Origin: Candidatus Kapaibacterium sp.
GTDB taxonomy: Bacteria; Patescibacteriota; Patescibacteriia; UBA9934
Assembly: GCA_044350705.1 (NCBI GenBank)
Contig: JBILHA010000001.1
Coordinates: forward strand, 355,431 to 419,430
Direction: 5' to 3'
DNA length: 64,000 nt
The notes under the pieces were generated by a model. That model had not been told where the DNA came from. It worked only from the letters and a program-made list of their open reading frames with translations, and did no database searches. Shown in pieces: positions 26,387 through 36,061 of this stretch. Position numbers and translations under genes: made by a program. Within the stretch, counting starts at the first letter, position 1, and each line of letters starts with the position of its first letter.

Positions 26387-26439
26387 GCGACGTTGGTTGA
26401 GTGCATTCGTGCGCTCCCAGCGTCGCTGTTCTTTTTTTT
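26387..26439 (+). terminator. Long terminator of cassette F
   Basis: GCGACGTTGG..GAGTGCA-TTCG-TGCGCTC-CCAGCGTCGC followed by a T-tract. Confidence 0.7.
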
Positions 26440-26468
26440 ATGCTTTGCTACACTTTAAGAAATATTCT

Positions 26469-27191
26469 GTGATTCCTCATCTTGTTTCAGTCATTATTCC
26501 TGCATATAACCATGCGTCAGCGCTTCCTAAGTGTTTGATGCATGTTTTTGCGCAGACATATCAGCCTTTTGAGGTGATTGTCATTGATGATGGATCGACC
26601 GATGAAACTGCTGCAGCAGTGAAGCCTTTTTTAGAGAAGATTACGTATATCCGGCAGGAGAATGCAGGAGCAAATCCTGCGCGTAATCGAGGGTGGAAAG
26701 AAGCAAGGGGAGAATTTCTTCTTTTTTGCGATGCAGATGTGGTTATGCGTCCGGAGATGATTGAAAAGATGGTGCATACGCTCCGAGCGCATCCTGAAGC
26801 GGGATACGCGTACTCTTCTTTTAAATTCGGATGGAAGCGTTTTCCTGGTGCGGCATGGAATCCGGAGCTTCTGCGTCGGGTCAATATTGCGCACACGACG
26901 TCGCTTATTCGTGCATCCGATTTTCCTGGGTTTGATGAAAAAATTAAGCGTTTTCAAGATTGGGATGTGTGGCTCACGATGCTTGGAGCAGGGAAGAGGG
27001 GGGTTATGATTCCTGAAGAATTGTTTGTTGCAGAAATTCACGGGGTATCACGTCTGGGGTCGTCATGGCTTCCTAAGGTCGCGTATAGCATTCCCTGGGA
27101 GAAGATTGGATGGATGCCAAAGCGTATTGCAAAGTATCGTGCGGCGCGAGAGGTCATCGCGCAAAAGCATGGACTTATTTCCCGTTTTTAA
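26469..27191 (+). CDS. Glycosyltransferase family 2
   Basis: VSVIIPAYN, IDDGSTD, ARNRG, CDAD, QDWD. Confidence 0.92.
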   Translation: MIPHLVSVIIPAYNHASALPKCLMHVFAQTYQPFEVIVIDDGSTDETAAAVKPFLEKITYIRQENAGANPARNRGWKEARGEFLLFCDADVVMRPEMIEKMVHTLRAHPEAGYAYSSFKFGWKRFPGAAWNPELLRRVNIAHTTSLIRASDFPGFDEKIKRFQDWDVWLTMLGAGKRGVMIPEELFVAEIHGVSRLGSSWLPKVAYSIPWEKIGWMPKRIAKYRAAREVIAQKHGLISRF

Positions 27192-27192
27192 T

Positions 27193-28062
27193 ATGGACGT
27201 CTCCATCATTACCATTACCTATAAAAATACCCCCGAAGTTCTTCGGGCGTGTTTTGAAAGTATTGCGAAGAGTCGAGGAGTATCGTGGGAATTCATTGTG
27301 ATTGATAACGCGGGGGACGCGCAGACCATCACCAAAGTTTCTGAGCTCATTCCTAAAGCTACCTGCATTATCAACCAGGAGAATAAAGGGTTTGCAGCAG
27401 CCGTGAATCAGGGGTTGCGTGCTGCGCAAGGGAAATACATCCTTCTTCTTAATCCTGATACCTCTTTTGCTCCAGAAGTGCTTGAACGCATGTTTGCGCA
27501 TATGGAGGCGTCTCCTGAGGTTGCTATTGGAAGCTCAATTATTCGTTATCCCGACGGAACACTGCAAGAAAGTATCCGGAGATTTCCGACGCTTAGCGAC
27601 CAACTTGCGATCTTATTGAAATTGCCACATATTTTGCGACGCAATGGTTTGTTGGATACCTACATGATGCGTGATAAGGATCCCCTTGCTACGCAGGATG
27701 TCGATTCCATTATGGGTGCATTCATGTGGATTCGACGAGAAGCTCTTGAGCAAGTAGGGCCATTTGATGAGCGATACTTTATTTGGTTTGAAGAGGTGGA
27801 TTACTGCAGGATGGCGGTAGACAAGGGGTGGAAGGTCCGTCACTTTGCTGATGTTGAGATTTTTCACCACAAGGGGGTAAGTTTCTCTACAGTCGGCTTC
27901 CTGAGAAAGCAAAAATGGATTCGGCAAAGTATGCGTAAATACTTTTGGAAGCATGAAGGATTTTTTGCATGGCTTCTTCTTTTTCTTCTTGCGCCTTTTT
28001 TCATTCTTTTGTCGTATATCGGTGTTCTTGCTCTCGTGCTGAAGAAGCGTTTTACTCTATGA
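27193..28062 (+). CDS. Glycosyltransferase family 2 (rhamnosyltransferase-like)
   Basis: IDNA, NKGFAAAVNQG, LLNPDT, FDERYFIWFEEVD. Confidence 0.92.
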   Translation: MDVSIITITYKNTPEVLRACFESIAKSRGVSWEFIVIDNAGDAQTITKVSELIPKATCIINQENKGFAAAVNQGLRAAQGKYILLLNPDTSFAPEVLERMFAHMEASPEVAIGSSIIRYPDGTLQESIRRFPTLSDQLAILLKLPHILRRNGLLDTYMMRDKDPLATQDVDSIMGAFMWIRREALEQVGPFDERYFIWFEEVDYCRMAVDKGWKVRHFADVEIFHHKGVSFSTVGFLRKQKWIRQSMRKYFWKHEGFFAWLLLFLLAPFFILLSYIGVLALVLKKRFTL

Positions 28063-28763
28063 TTTTTCCTGAAGAGGTGGGAAACGTGGTGAAGAAATAT
28101 GATGCTTCGTTTCGAGATGTAGGAACGGTTTTTTTGCAGTATGTTGATCGTGCCCTTACTCCTTCATCGGTTTTAGTTGATGTAGGGTGTGGACGTACGA
28201 GTTATGGTGCTCACGTTTATCAAAAAGCCGCGAGAAGAATCGGCCTTGATGTGGATGTGTATGCAAAAGAAAATCCGCTCATGGATGAAGTGGTGATCAT
28301 GCAAGATGATTACTTTCCTCTTCCTGATGCAAGTGTTGATGTGGTGACGGCGCAGTGGGTTGTAGAGCATGTAAAGCATCCTGATATTTTTCTTTCTGAA
28401 ATTCACCGCGTGCTTCGCAAAGACGGAGTATTCATTTTTATGACCACAAATATCCGATCGCCGATTATGTGGCTGACTTCTTTTTTTTCTACGCATATGA
28501 AGTCCCGTTTTCGTTCGCGGATTCTTGGATATGCGCCAGATGAAACGTTTGAGACGGCGTATGCTATGAATACTCCCGAAGATTTGCATCGTCTTGCTGT
28601 AGAACATGGTTTTACCATTGAGGCTTTGGATCGTATTGAGTCGTACGGATATTTCCGCTTCTCTTTTATTGTGCTTTGGTTATATATTCAGTGGGCAAAG
28701 CTTCTTCGCTCCATCGTCCATGATCGAGAAATGCATCTCGTGGGGGTATTAAAGAAAATGTGA
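28059..28763 (+). CDS. Class I SAM-dependent methyltransferase
   Basis: VDVGCG, SVDVV, VVEHV, RVLRKDG. Confidence 0.9.
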   Translation: MIFPEEVGNVVKKYDASFRDVGTVFLQYVDRALTPSSVLVDVGCGRTSYGAHVYQKAARRIGLDVDVYAKENPLMDEVVIMQDDYFPLPDASVDVVTAQWVVEHVKHPDIFLSEIHRVLRKDGVFIFMTTNIRSPIMWLTSFFSTHMKSRFRSRILGYAPDETFETAYAMNTPEDLHRLAVEHGFTIEALDRIESYGYFRFSFIVLWLYIQWAKLLRSIVHDREMHLVGVLKKM

Positions 28764-28765
28764 GT

Positions 28766-30412
28766 ATGTCTTCTGCGTCTTCATCTCTTGTCCCACAATT
28801 TCTCTCTAAAAATGCTTGGTCTATTTTAGGAATAACCGCGTTGTTTCATTTTCTTGCGGCAGTGGTTCTTCACCATGTGGCAAGTTTTGCGGTGCTTGGC
28901 ATTGTGGGGGTGGTGGTATTTTTGTTGACCATGCGGCGTCTTGAAGTGGGGCTGTGTATTGCGCTTTTTGAAATTGTCGTTGGAGCGCACGGTCACCTCG
29001 TGACACTGGCCTATCATGGCATTCCGCTTTCTTTGCGCATGGTCATTTTTCTTGCGGTTATGGGTGGGTGGTTGGTGGGAGTTCTTCAGAGAAAATGGCA
29101 TATCCGTTTTGTTGCCATGCGCGATGTTCCGTTTCTGGCGCTTGTGATTGCTGTTTTTTACGGCGTACTTCGGGGAGTAACTTTAGGAAATGATTACGTA
29201 AGCCTTCTTGATGATGCGAATTCATTCGTCGTTTTGGCATATCTTTTGCCTCTCGCTTCCGTCGTGTGGAATCAGGAGCATAAGCGATTATTTTTGACGA
29301 CGTTTTTTACCGGTGTTTTGTGGATTTCTCTTTTTACTTTTGCGCTTACGTACGTATTTACGCACATTTCTCCTGAGCGCATTTGGGACATGTATGTTTT
29401 AGTGAGGGATACTCGTATGTTTGAGGTGACGCTTCTTTCCGGTCCCGTGTGGATGACGGATACCTTTTATGGTGGCGATTGGTTCTTTCGGGTGTTTTCT
29501 CAGGCGCATATTTTTGCTCCGATTTATCTTTTGCTCCTTACTTCTTGCTTACTGTTCTTACGTCATGGAAAAGAAGAGCGTGTACCCATTTGGATGTGGG
29601 TATGGTACGCCTGTTTCTTTGGAGCGTTTCTTCAAAGTCTTTCCCGAAGTTTCTTGGTAGGTTTTGCTGCGGGTGGTGTGACGCTGTTTGGGTTTTGGCT
29701 CCTTGGGGGGAAGACGTCGTGGCAAAGATGGGGAGCGGTCGCTCGGAAAAAGCTGGCAATTGTTGGATCGTTTCTTCTTGCGGCGGGAATGCTGTGGGTG
29801 CTTATTTCCTTTCCTTTCCCTCAGCGTCCCGATCTTACGACGTCACCCTTTTATCGAGGTGATCATGACAACACTCGTGCTCTTGCGGTGAGCAGCCGTT
29901 GGAATATGCTCGATCCTCTTATGGAGGCTATTGCGACTTCTCCTACTTTTGGGCTTGGATTTGGAAAAGAGCTCGCGTATATCTCTGATGACCCTCGTAT
30001 CCGTGAGATGACGGGAGGAACGGGAGCACTCACGACGTATCGTTTTGAATGGGGATTTTTGGATGTTTGGTTGAAGATGGGTGTCCTTGGTATTGTTGCG
30101 TATGCGTGGATCTTCACTGCGCTCGTTGGTCAGGTGCTTAAAAATATTCGTACTCAAGGGTTTTGGTCTTTTACTACGCTGCGTGAGCATTGGCTGGAGA
30201 TCGGTCTTGCAAGTGGCGTGGTCTTCCTGTTTGTCACTCATGTGTTTACGCCGTACCTGAATCATCCGATTGGATTGTTTTTCCTCCTGCTCGTCGCGTT
30301 CTTTCTTCAGTGGCGAAGCGAGCGTGTTGTCCCTGAACAAGTTCAGACAAACAAAAAACAACTTCTTTCATTTAAGAAGTTGTCTGTTGGTGCGGTTACC
30401 CGCGAAAGATAG
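28766..30412 (+). CDS. O-antigen ligase/polymerase-like membrane protein
   Basis: Many TMs; SLSRSF, SSRW, GLGFG, KMGVLG. Confidence 0.75.
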   Translation: MSSASSSLVPQFLSKNAWSILGITALFHFLAAVVLHHVASFAVLGIVGVVVFLLTMRRLEVGLCIALFEIVVGAHGHLVTLAYHGIPLSLRMVIFLAVMGGWLVGVLQRKWHIRFVAMRDVPFLALVIAVFYGVLRGVTLGNDYVSLLDDANSFVVLAYLLPLASVVWNQEHKRLFLTTFFTGVLWISLFTFALTYVFTHISPERIWDMYVLVRDTRMFEVTLLSGPVWMTDTFYGGDWFFRVFSQAHIFAPIYLLLLTSCLLFLRHGKEERVPIWMWVWYACFFGAFLQSLSRSFLVGFAAGGVTLFGFWLLGGKTSWQRWGAVARKKLAIVGSFLLAAGMLWVLISFPFPQRPDLTTSPFYRGDHDNTRALAVSSRWNMLDPLMEAIATSPTFGLGFGKELAYISDDPRIREMTGGTGALTTYRFEWGFLDVWLKMGVLGIVAYAWIFTALVGQVLKNIRTQGFWSFTTLREHWLEIGLASGVVFLFVTHVFTPYLNHPIGLFFLLLVAFFLQWRSERVVPEQVQTNKKQLLSFKKLSVGAVTRER

Positions 30413-30413
30413 T

Positions 30414-30794
30414 TTATTTCTCGCACGCTATTTCCGATGCGGTGATGCCGGTAATCACTGACGGCTTATTTGGCATGAGCGGATCGGGGTATCCGGTGAT
30501 TTTGTCTTCTTCAATGAGGAAGTATGCACCATCCGCATATGTTGCTCGCGTAAAGTTTTCTCGCATCCATACGATTGTTTTTTCGGGATTCGCATTTTCT
30601 TTATCGGTGATGGTAATCGTTCCCTGTACGCCGAAATATTCTTCTTCTGGGCTGGCGGTATCGTATGCGATGATCATGCGGGTGTTTTCTGGATCGTTGT
30701 CAATTTCGTAGCAACGATGTACTTGTGTCGTTGATGAGGAGCATCCTGCGCCGGCGAGGAGCAGGATGCTGAAGATACTCATGACGTTGCGCAT
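30414..30794 (-). CDS. Hypothetical lipoprotein
   Basis: LLLAGAGC lipobox. Confidence 0.7.
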   Translation of the reverse strand: MRNVMSIFSILLLAGAGCSSSTTQVHRCYEIDNDPENTRMIIAYDTASPEEEYFGVQGTITITDKENANPEKTIVWMRENFTRATYADGAYFLIEEDKITGYPDPLMPNKPSVITGITASEIACEK

Positions 30795-31723
30795 ATTTTT
30801 TTTGGATTATTTCCCTGGAGATATTCTTTTGCACTCATTTCTTTTTTTGTTGCTGGTTGGAGTCGATGGATCGCGAGCGTTTTTTTCGGTGTTCCTATGA
30901 GTAGTGTTTCCTCTTTTTTCTTGCATACACCGGCTGGAATACTCTCCTCTTCACTTGTCGCCGCAAGAATTTTGATTTCTTGTTTGCTCCCATCTTCCAT
31001 TTCGAGACTTATGCGTACTCCGGGCCACGGCATGTATGCGCGTACTTTTCGTTCTATTTCGTCTGCAGTGTGTAGTTCGTTGATGATGCCGTCGGTTTTG
31101 TTGAGCAGCTTGCAGTAGGTTGCGTGCTCGTGGCGCTGTTCCTGAGGCTGTGAAGTGCCTTCAGCGAGTTTTTTGAGCTCCTGGGTGAGTAAGGGAGCTC
31201 CTTCTTTCACAACGCGCTCTGTGAGCGTTTGCAGCGTTTCCTTTTCTGCGAGTGTAAAGCGCGTTTGCGCCAGAAGAGGGCCGTGATCCATTTCGGCATC
31301 AATGAGCATGATGCTTATGCCTGTTTCTTTGTCGCCATTTGCAAGAGCTGCTTGCATCGGGCTTGGTCCACGCCAGAGGGGGAGGAGCGAAGGGTGGACG
31401 TTCACATTCCCTAATTTTGCGAGTTCAAGAAGAGGCTGGGGAATAATACGGCCATACGCAACAATGACAAACGCATCTGCTCCAAGATTTTTGAGCGATT
31501 CTGCAAAGGCGGGGTCTTTGAGTTTTGTCGGTTGAAAAACGGGGCGTTCAGGATGTTTTTCTTGAAAGAGGAGTTTTGTAGGAGGTGCGGTGATGATTTT
31601 TTTTCTTCCTACGGGCTCGTCGGGTTGGCAGACGAGCGCTACGACGTCAAAGTATGCATCCTCAAGAAGTGCTTGGAGAAAAGAGGCGGAAAACTGAGGG
31701 GTGCCAAAGTAGACGATGCGCAT
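30779..31723 (-). CDS. fmt: Methionyl-tRNA formyltransferase
   Basis: FGTPQF, QPD, VAYG, NVHPSLLP..RGPSP, MDHG. Confidence 0.96.
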   Translation of the reverse strand: MRIVYFGTPQFSASFLQALLEDAYFDVVALVCQPDEPVGRKKIITAPPTKLLFQEKHPERPVFQPTKLKDPAFAESLKNLGADAFVIVAYGRIIPQPLLELAKLGNVNVHPSLLPLWRGPSPMQAALANGDKETGISIMLIDAEMDHGPLLAQTRFTLAEKETLQTLTERVVKEGAPLLTQELKKLAEGTSQPQEQRHEHATYCKLLNKTDGIINELHTADEIERKVRAYMPWPGVRISLEMEDGSKQEIKILAATSEEESIPAGVCKKKEETLLIGTPKKTLAIHRLQPATKKEMSAKEYLQGNNPKKICATS

Positions 31724-31728
31724 ACAGC

Positions 31729-32199
31729 TTATCGGTATTTTTTGATTTTTTCTGCGCGATCAATAAATAAGATACCGTCTAAGTGGTCGATTTCATGTTG
31801 GAAGATAATGGCGGAAAGGTCGGTTACTTTGAGCGTTTCTTTTGCTCCTTCCTCGTTCCATACCTCTACGGTTACTCCTCGATGGCGTTTTACGATTCCT
31901 GAACATTCAGGAACGGATAAGCATCCTTCGGTGCTGTCTACCATTTTGAATGAGCGTTCCGTAATGACCGGATTAAAGAATCCTGATGGTCCACGGTCGG
32001 GAAGATCGACGATAATGACGCGTTTGTGTACGCCTACTTGAGGTGCGGCAATACCTACGCCATCTTCGAGTTTCATGGTTTCTTTGAGGTCGACAATGAG
32101 CTTCCGCATTTCTGGGGAAGTGATCGTGGAGGGATCGATGTCGTGCGAAACGGTACGCAAGCGATCATCTGGTTCGTGAAGAACGACTAAGTGAGACAT
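31729..32199 (-). CDS. def: Peptide deformylase
   Basis: GVGIAAPQVG, EGCLS, QHEIDHLDG. Confidence 0.97.
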   Translation of the reverse strand: MSHLVVLHEPDDRLRTVSHDIDPSTITSPEMRKLIVDLKETMKLEDGVGIAAPQVGVHKRVIIVDLPDRGPSGFFNPVITERSFKMVDSTEGCLSVPECSGIVKRHRGVTVEVWNEEGAKETLKVTDLSAIIFQHEIDHLDGILFIDRAEKIKKYR

Positions 32200-33865
32200 A
32201 GGAGGCATCGAGAATGAAAGAGGTTGAGGGGGGAGTCAGCGGGTTGCGGAGTGTTTGTTCTGAGGTTTTATAGATCGTTCCGAAGGGTGGGAGCAGATAC
32301 GCTCTTCGAACGCGAAGCTCTTCTTCGGTGACATATTTGGGGGCGACCAGTTCAGGAAGGCGTTCGGGGATCCATGTTTGGATGATGCACTCCGCTTTTT
32401 CTCGTTTTGCGAGATAAGCGAGACGGAGGAGTTGTCGCGAGGTATGTTCTGTTGCGCGAAAGTCTACGCTGCCTACGGGAAGATCGGCCATGAGATCTGC
32501 AACCAGTCCAAACGTATATCTGGTAAAAGGGACAAGGAGGTTTGCAAAGATATGTTCAGTAGCCACGATGATATTTGCAGTTTTCCAGCTCGTATCATTT
32601 TTCTTTTCTACAAATCCTACCGAAAGATGCGGGAAGAGTTTTTGCAGATCAGCAACGACTTTTTCTCCCCCTACCCCTACAAATTTCAGTTTAGGCTTTC
32701 CGCACAGGGGGCAGTTTTCTGGAATCCACATTTCTGTACCACAGCGGTCACAGATGAGATCTTCTGTGCGTACGGTGGGAAGATTCCCGCAGGTTCCACA
32801 AAGGGGTACCTGATCGCATGCCATGCACTGGAGGCGCTTGGCGGCTCCTTTCCTGTTTAAGAAGAGTAGCACCTTTTTTTGGCTTTGTGAAGCGGTTTTT
32901 ATTGATTCTACAAGCGTATTGGTGAGGAGGGGGTAGGGCGTTTTTTCTGTGCGGTTGGAAAGGGAGACGAACGTAGGCGCGAAGGGGATGGAAGGTGCGG
33001 TAAACCAAGATCCTTCCCCCGTATCTTCTATGCGGGGGAGGGCATCGATACTGATGTATTTTGCGCCTTGCTCGACTGCTAAGAGCTTTGCGGCTTCCCG
33101 GGGATCGAATTTTGGGTTTCTTCGAAGGTTCGCGTACTCATCATTTCCTGCTTGGAGCACGAGAATATGGGTGAGCGAGGGGGCGCTCCAGAGGGCGACT
33201 TGCTTTGTACCGATAAGAATCTCTATCCGGTTTTCCTTCCAGGCAAGAAAAGCTGCCGAACGGTCTTTTTCCTTTGTGCTTCCGGTAATGGCCTGAGTAT
33301 TTTTTGCCGTCAATGTTTTTTCGAGGATTTCCGCATCACGATCGCGGGGGACGAGAATAAGGAGTTGTTCGCCTTTCTTTAAGCGCTTTGCGATTGCCTG
33401 GGCTAAGAGGATCCCCGTTTCACTATCGCCCTGGAGGGCGCAGATCCCCTTCGTTGCTTCAACTACGGCCAGGTACTCTTTTGCGGTAGCGATTTCTTCC
33501 TGGGAAATAGAGGCCGAGGATGGAGATATTTTTTTGAGGGAGAGAGGGGGAGATTCGGAGAGATATTTGGGAATTGCTGCACAAAAAAGTGAGGAAGGTG
33601 ATTGTCCAATAAGGTGGGCAATCGTTTCTAGGCGGAGAATGTCCTGCGAGGTAAGAATGCCTTTCTTTTTTACTTTGGAGAGCGCGGCAAGTTTTTTTTG
33701 TGTACTCTCTTTTGCTATTCCTCGTACTACACCTTGGAGAGAGACCCCTCGAAAGGTGATATTTACCAGATCACCAATTTCAACCTCCATCCCCTGGGGA
33801 ATGTGGTAATCAAAAAAGGTAAAGCGTGCCGGAAGGCGAGTGAGCGGAATGACGTGTGCAATCAT
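32165..33865 (-). CDS. priA: Primosomal protein N' (PriA), helicase motifs degenerate
   Basis: N-terminal FDY...GDLV, LFLNRKG, four CxxC pairs, DFRATE, IIQT, PPFG; no Walker A or DExH. Confidence 0.8.
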   Translation of the reverse strand: MIAHVIPLTRLPARFTFFDYHIPQGMEVEIGDLVNITFRGVSLQGVVRGIAKESTQKKLAALSKVKKKGILTSQDILRLETIAHLIGQSPSSLFCAAIPKYLSESPPLSLKKISPSSASISQEEIATAKEYLAVVEATKGICALQGDSETGILLAQAIAKRLKKGEQLLILVPRDRDAEILEKTLTAKNTQAITGSTKEKDRSAAFLAWKENRIEILIGTKQVALWSAPSLTHILVLQAGNDEYANLRRNPKFDPREAAKLLAVEQGAKYISIDALPRIEDTGEGSWFTAPSIPFAPTFVSLSNRTEKTPYPLLTNTLVESIKTASQSQKKVLLFLNRKGAAKRLQCMACDQVPLCGTCGNLPTVRTEDLICDRCGTEMWIPENCPLCGKPKLKFVGVGGEKVVADLQKLFPHLSVGFVEKKNDTSWKTANIIVATEHIFANLLVPFTRYTFGLVADLMADLPVGSVDFRATEHTSRQLLRLAYLAKREKAECIIQTWIPERLPELVAPKYVTEEELRVRRAYLLPPFGTIYKTSEQTLRNPLTPPSTSFILDASYVSLSRSSRTR

Positions 33866-34605
33866 GTGAATGTTGCCACAACATACCCTACGTTAAAGGG
33901 GGATTCAATGCTCAGGATTTCTGCACGCGAAGGGATGTTATCGAGGACGCCAAAGAGTGTCGCCAAGGGACGGTATGCGGCATCGTTTTGATGAGATTCA
34001 AGCTCCGGTTCAAGCTTGAGGAGCGAGGCAGTGCTTTTTTCTTCGAGAATAAGGCGAATATCCGCGAGGTGGGCGAGGGATACATCACCTGCCGCAATGA
34101 TTCCAATACGCTTTGGAGAGGAGATGATGCTTTGCTTGAGGATCATTCCTAGCTGATAGTGTTCTTTTGCATCGCAGGCTCCTGCGGTTGCAACCGGCAT
34201 GATGCGTATATGGGGTATGCGACGTGCAAGCGCCTCTAACGGGGCTGCACAGCCGTAGGGAAGCGAAGGTTCTGTGGTGAGGGTTATGGGAGCGTCATGA
34301 GAACGGGCTAATCGTTGGATGTTATCAATGAGAGAAAAATCCGGATGATAGGTTGCCTTTGGACTCAGGTCACCGAGTGCTTCCAGGTCCATGATGTAGG
34401 GATCTGCAACATCGAGACTTATTGCGTCATCGTATCCAAAACGTGATTGTGTAATGATGACGACAGTTTCTATTTTTCGCGCATACCATTCATCACTCAG
34501 GTGTTCGAGGGCTTCCTCGGTAGATTCAATTTCCGTACGGTGATTTTTGTTCACGGTGCGGAGAAGAAGTGGTGATGAGGGGACAAGCGCGGCTGCAGAA
34601 AGCAT
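33862..34605 (-). CDS. LigB/MEMO1 (AmmeMemoRadiSam B)-fold protein, divergent
   Basis: LSAAALVPSSPLLL, VVIIT, IGIIAAGDVS, ESPFNVGYVVA pattern. Confidence 0.6.
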   Translation of the reverse strand: MLSAAALVPSSPLLLRTVNKNHRTEIESTEEALEHLSDEWYARKIETVVIITQSRFGYDDAISLDVADPYIMDLEALGDLSPKATYHPDFSLIDNIQRLARSHDAPITLTTEPSLPYGCAAPLEALARRIPHIRIMPVATAGACDAKEHYQLGMILKQSIISSPKRIGIIAAGDVSLAHLADIRLILEEKSTASLLKLEPELESHQNDAAYRPLATLFGVLDNIPSRAEILSIESPFNVGYVVATFT

Positions 34606-34660
34606 AGCGTGAGGAGTTTCCACGAAGACGTGGGGAGTGAGAGAAGGGGCGTGCGTTTCT

Positions 34661-36061
34661 TTAGTTTCCCGCGCTCTGGACGCCGTCAGCAATTGCCGCC
34701 TCAAGAGGCTCTCCCAGTGGATGGAGATTGAGGACGCTTTGAGGAACATCAATAATATTTGTCCACTGATATCCGAAAGAAGTGAATACGCTTTCGGAAG
34801 GAATTTCTCGTCGTTTTCCTTCGGAAACGACATATACCACGGGACTATCAATGGTTTTTATGAGCACACCGTCGGGAAGTTTTACGGGAGCACCTTCGGC
34901 AAACTGCTCCATTTCTACCGGCGTGATAGGACGAATGCTTTTTCCTTTGAAGCGAGCGTTGAGGACGCTTGCGTCAAAAATAGGGTGACGCTTTCCGTCT
35001 TGGATATAGAATACGGCACCATTGGTGGTGAGCTGATAGAGTTGTCCTTGGGGTGCAATAGTTGTGCGCGTGATCGCTGTTCCCATTTCATAGCTCTTTC
35101 GTTCAGCGTTTGAAATAGAGACGAGTTCATCTTCTGAGAATCCGATGGATCGGAACGTTTCCATGGAATCGATAGGTCGAAGGAGATCGTCTACGAGAAG
35201 GAAGATGGTTCCCTCTTCATCCTGAACCAGCGAGTAGTTGGGAAGAGAGATGGCCGATCCTTCCGGATAGCTTTCCAGCGTCGATTTGGAAATCTGTACG
35301 ATAAGATCAGCGTTAAAGCGGGACCTTAATGCGCTTTCTGAAGTAATTGCACGTCGGTAGCCTCCTTGTAAGAGCCAAACACCGTTTTCTCCGGGTACCT
35401 GCGCCAACGTTCCCGAGGGATATTCACGTCCAAACCATTCTTGCCACAGAATGGCAAAATTTTTGTTGCCGTGGAGGTGAGGGGTATAGGCGTAGAGTGC
35501 TGCAGTTGCGGCATTTTCCGGGACCACCGTTTCTCCACTGATGGTTATTGGTACTCCTGGACCATATTTTCCAGCGATGACGCCTTGTTCTTCGATGTCC
35601 ACTAAATAGCCGTCAATGAATTGCATGGCTGCGGAATTCACTTGTTTGCCGAATCCTTGCCAGCGTTGCACCGCAGGATCGTTCATGCTGCAATCATCAC
35701 ATACGCCGTATCCCATTGCCCAGTCTAGCTGCTTTTGTGTGGGATCCTCATCTTCCACCAAGCTTTGTTCTTTTTGCAGCATGACTAAAAGTACTTTTGG
35801 GCTGATGCCGTGATTTTGCGCGGCATACCAAATGATATCCGCGGCCCAGCGCATGCGACCGGTGTGATCGGCGAGACGCATGTCGCCGAGTGCGCCGCGC
35901 GCAGAGAGAAAAGCACGGATCTGATCAAGATCCATGGCAAAGGCATCGGTAAGTTCCGCATCTGAGAGAATATAGTTTGGGTCAAATGCACGCACAGGCT
36001 GCGCAATACCGAAAACTGTTGCAAGTGCGGCGCAGAGTGCGAGAATGCGGGGTCGAGACAT
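34661..36061 (-). CDS. Secreted protein with lysozyme-like N-domain and four C-terminal surface repeats
   Basis: Signal peptide; FDPNYILSD, ISPKVLLVMLQKEQSL, AMGYG, ATAALYAYTPH; repeats of G-x-L...V(Y/F/W)..G.R..I. Confidence 0.7.
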   Translation of the reverse strand: MSRPRILALCAALATVFGIAQPVRAFDPNYILSDAELTDAFAMDLDQIRAFLSARGALGDMRLADHTGRMRWAADIIWYAAQNHGISPKVLLVMLQKEQSLVEDEDPTQKQLDWAMGYGVCDDCSMNDPAVQRWQGFGKQVNSAAMQFIDGYLVDIEEQGVIAGKYGPGVPITISGETVVPENAATAALYAYTPHLHGNKNFAILWQEWFGREYPSGTLAQVPGENGVWLLQGGYRRAITSESALRSRFNADLIVQISKSTLESYPEGSAISLPNYSLVQDEEGTIFLLVDDLLRPIDSMETFRSIGFSEDELVSISNAERKSYEMGTAITRTTIAPQGQLYQLTTNGAVFYIQDGKRHPIFDASVLNARFKGKSIRPITPVEMEQFAEGAPVKLPDGVLIKTIDSPVVYVVSEGKRREIPSESVFTSFGYQWTNIIDVPQSVLNLHPLGEPLEAAIADGVQSAGN

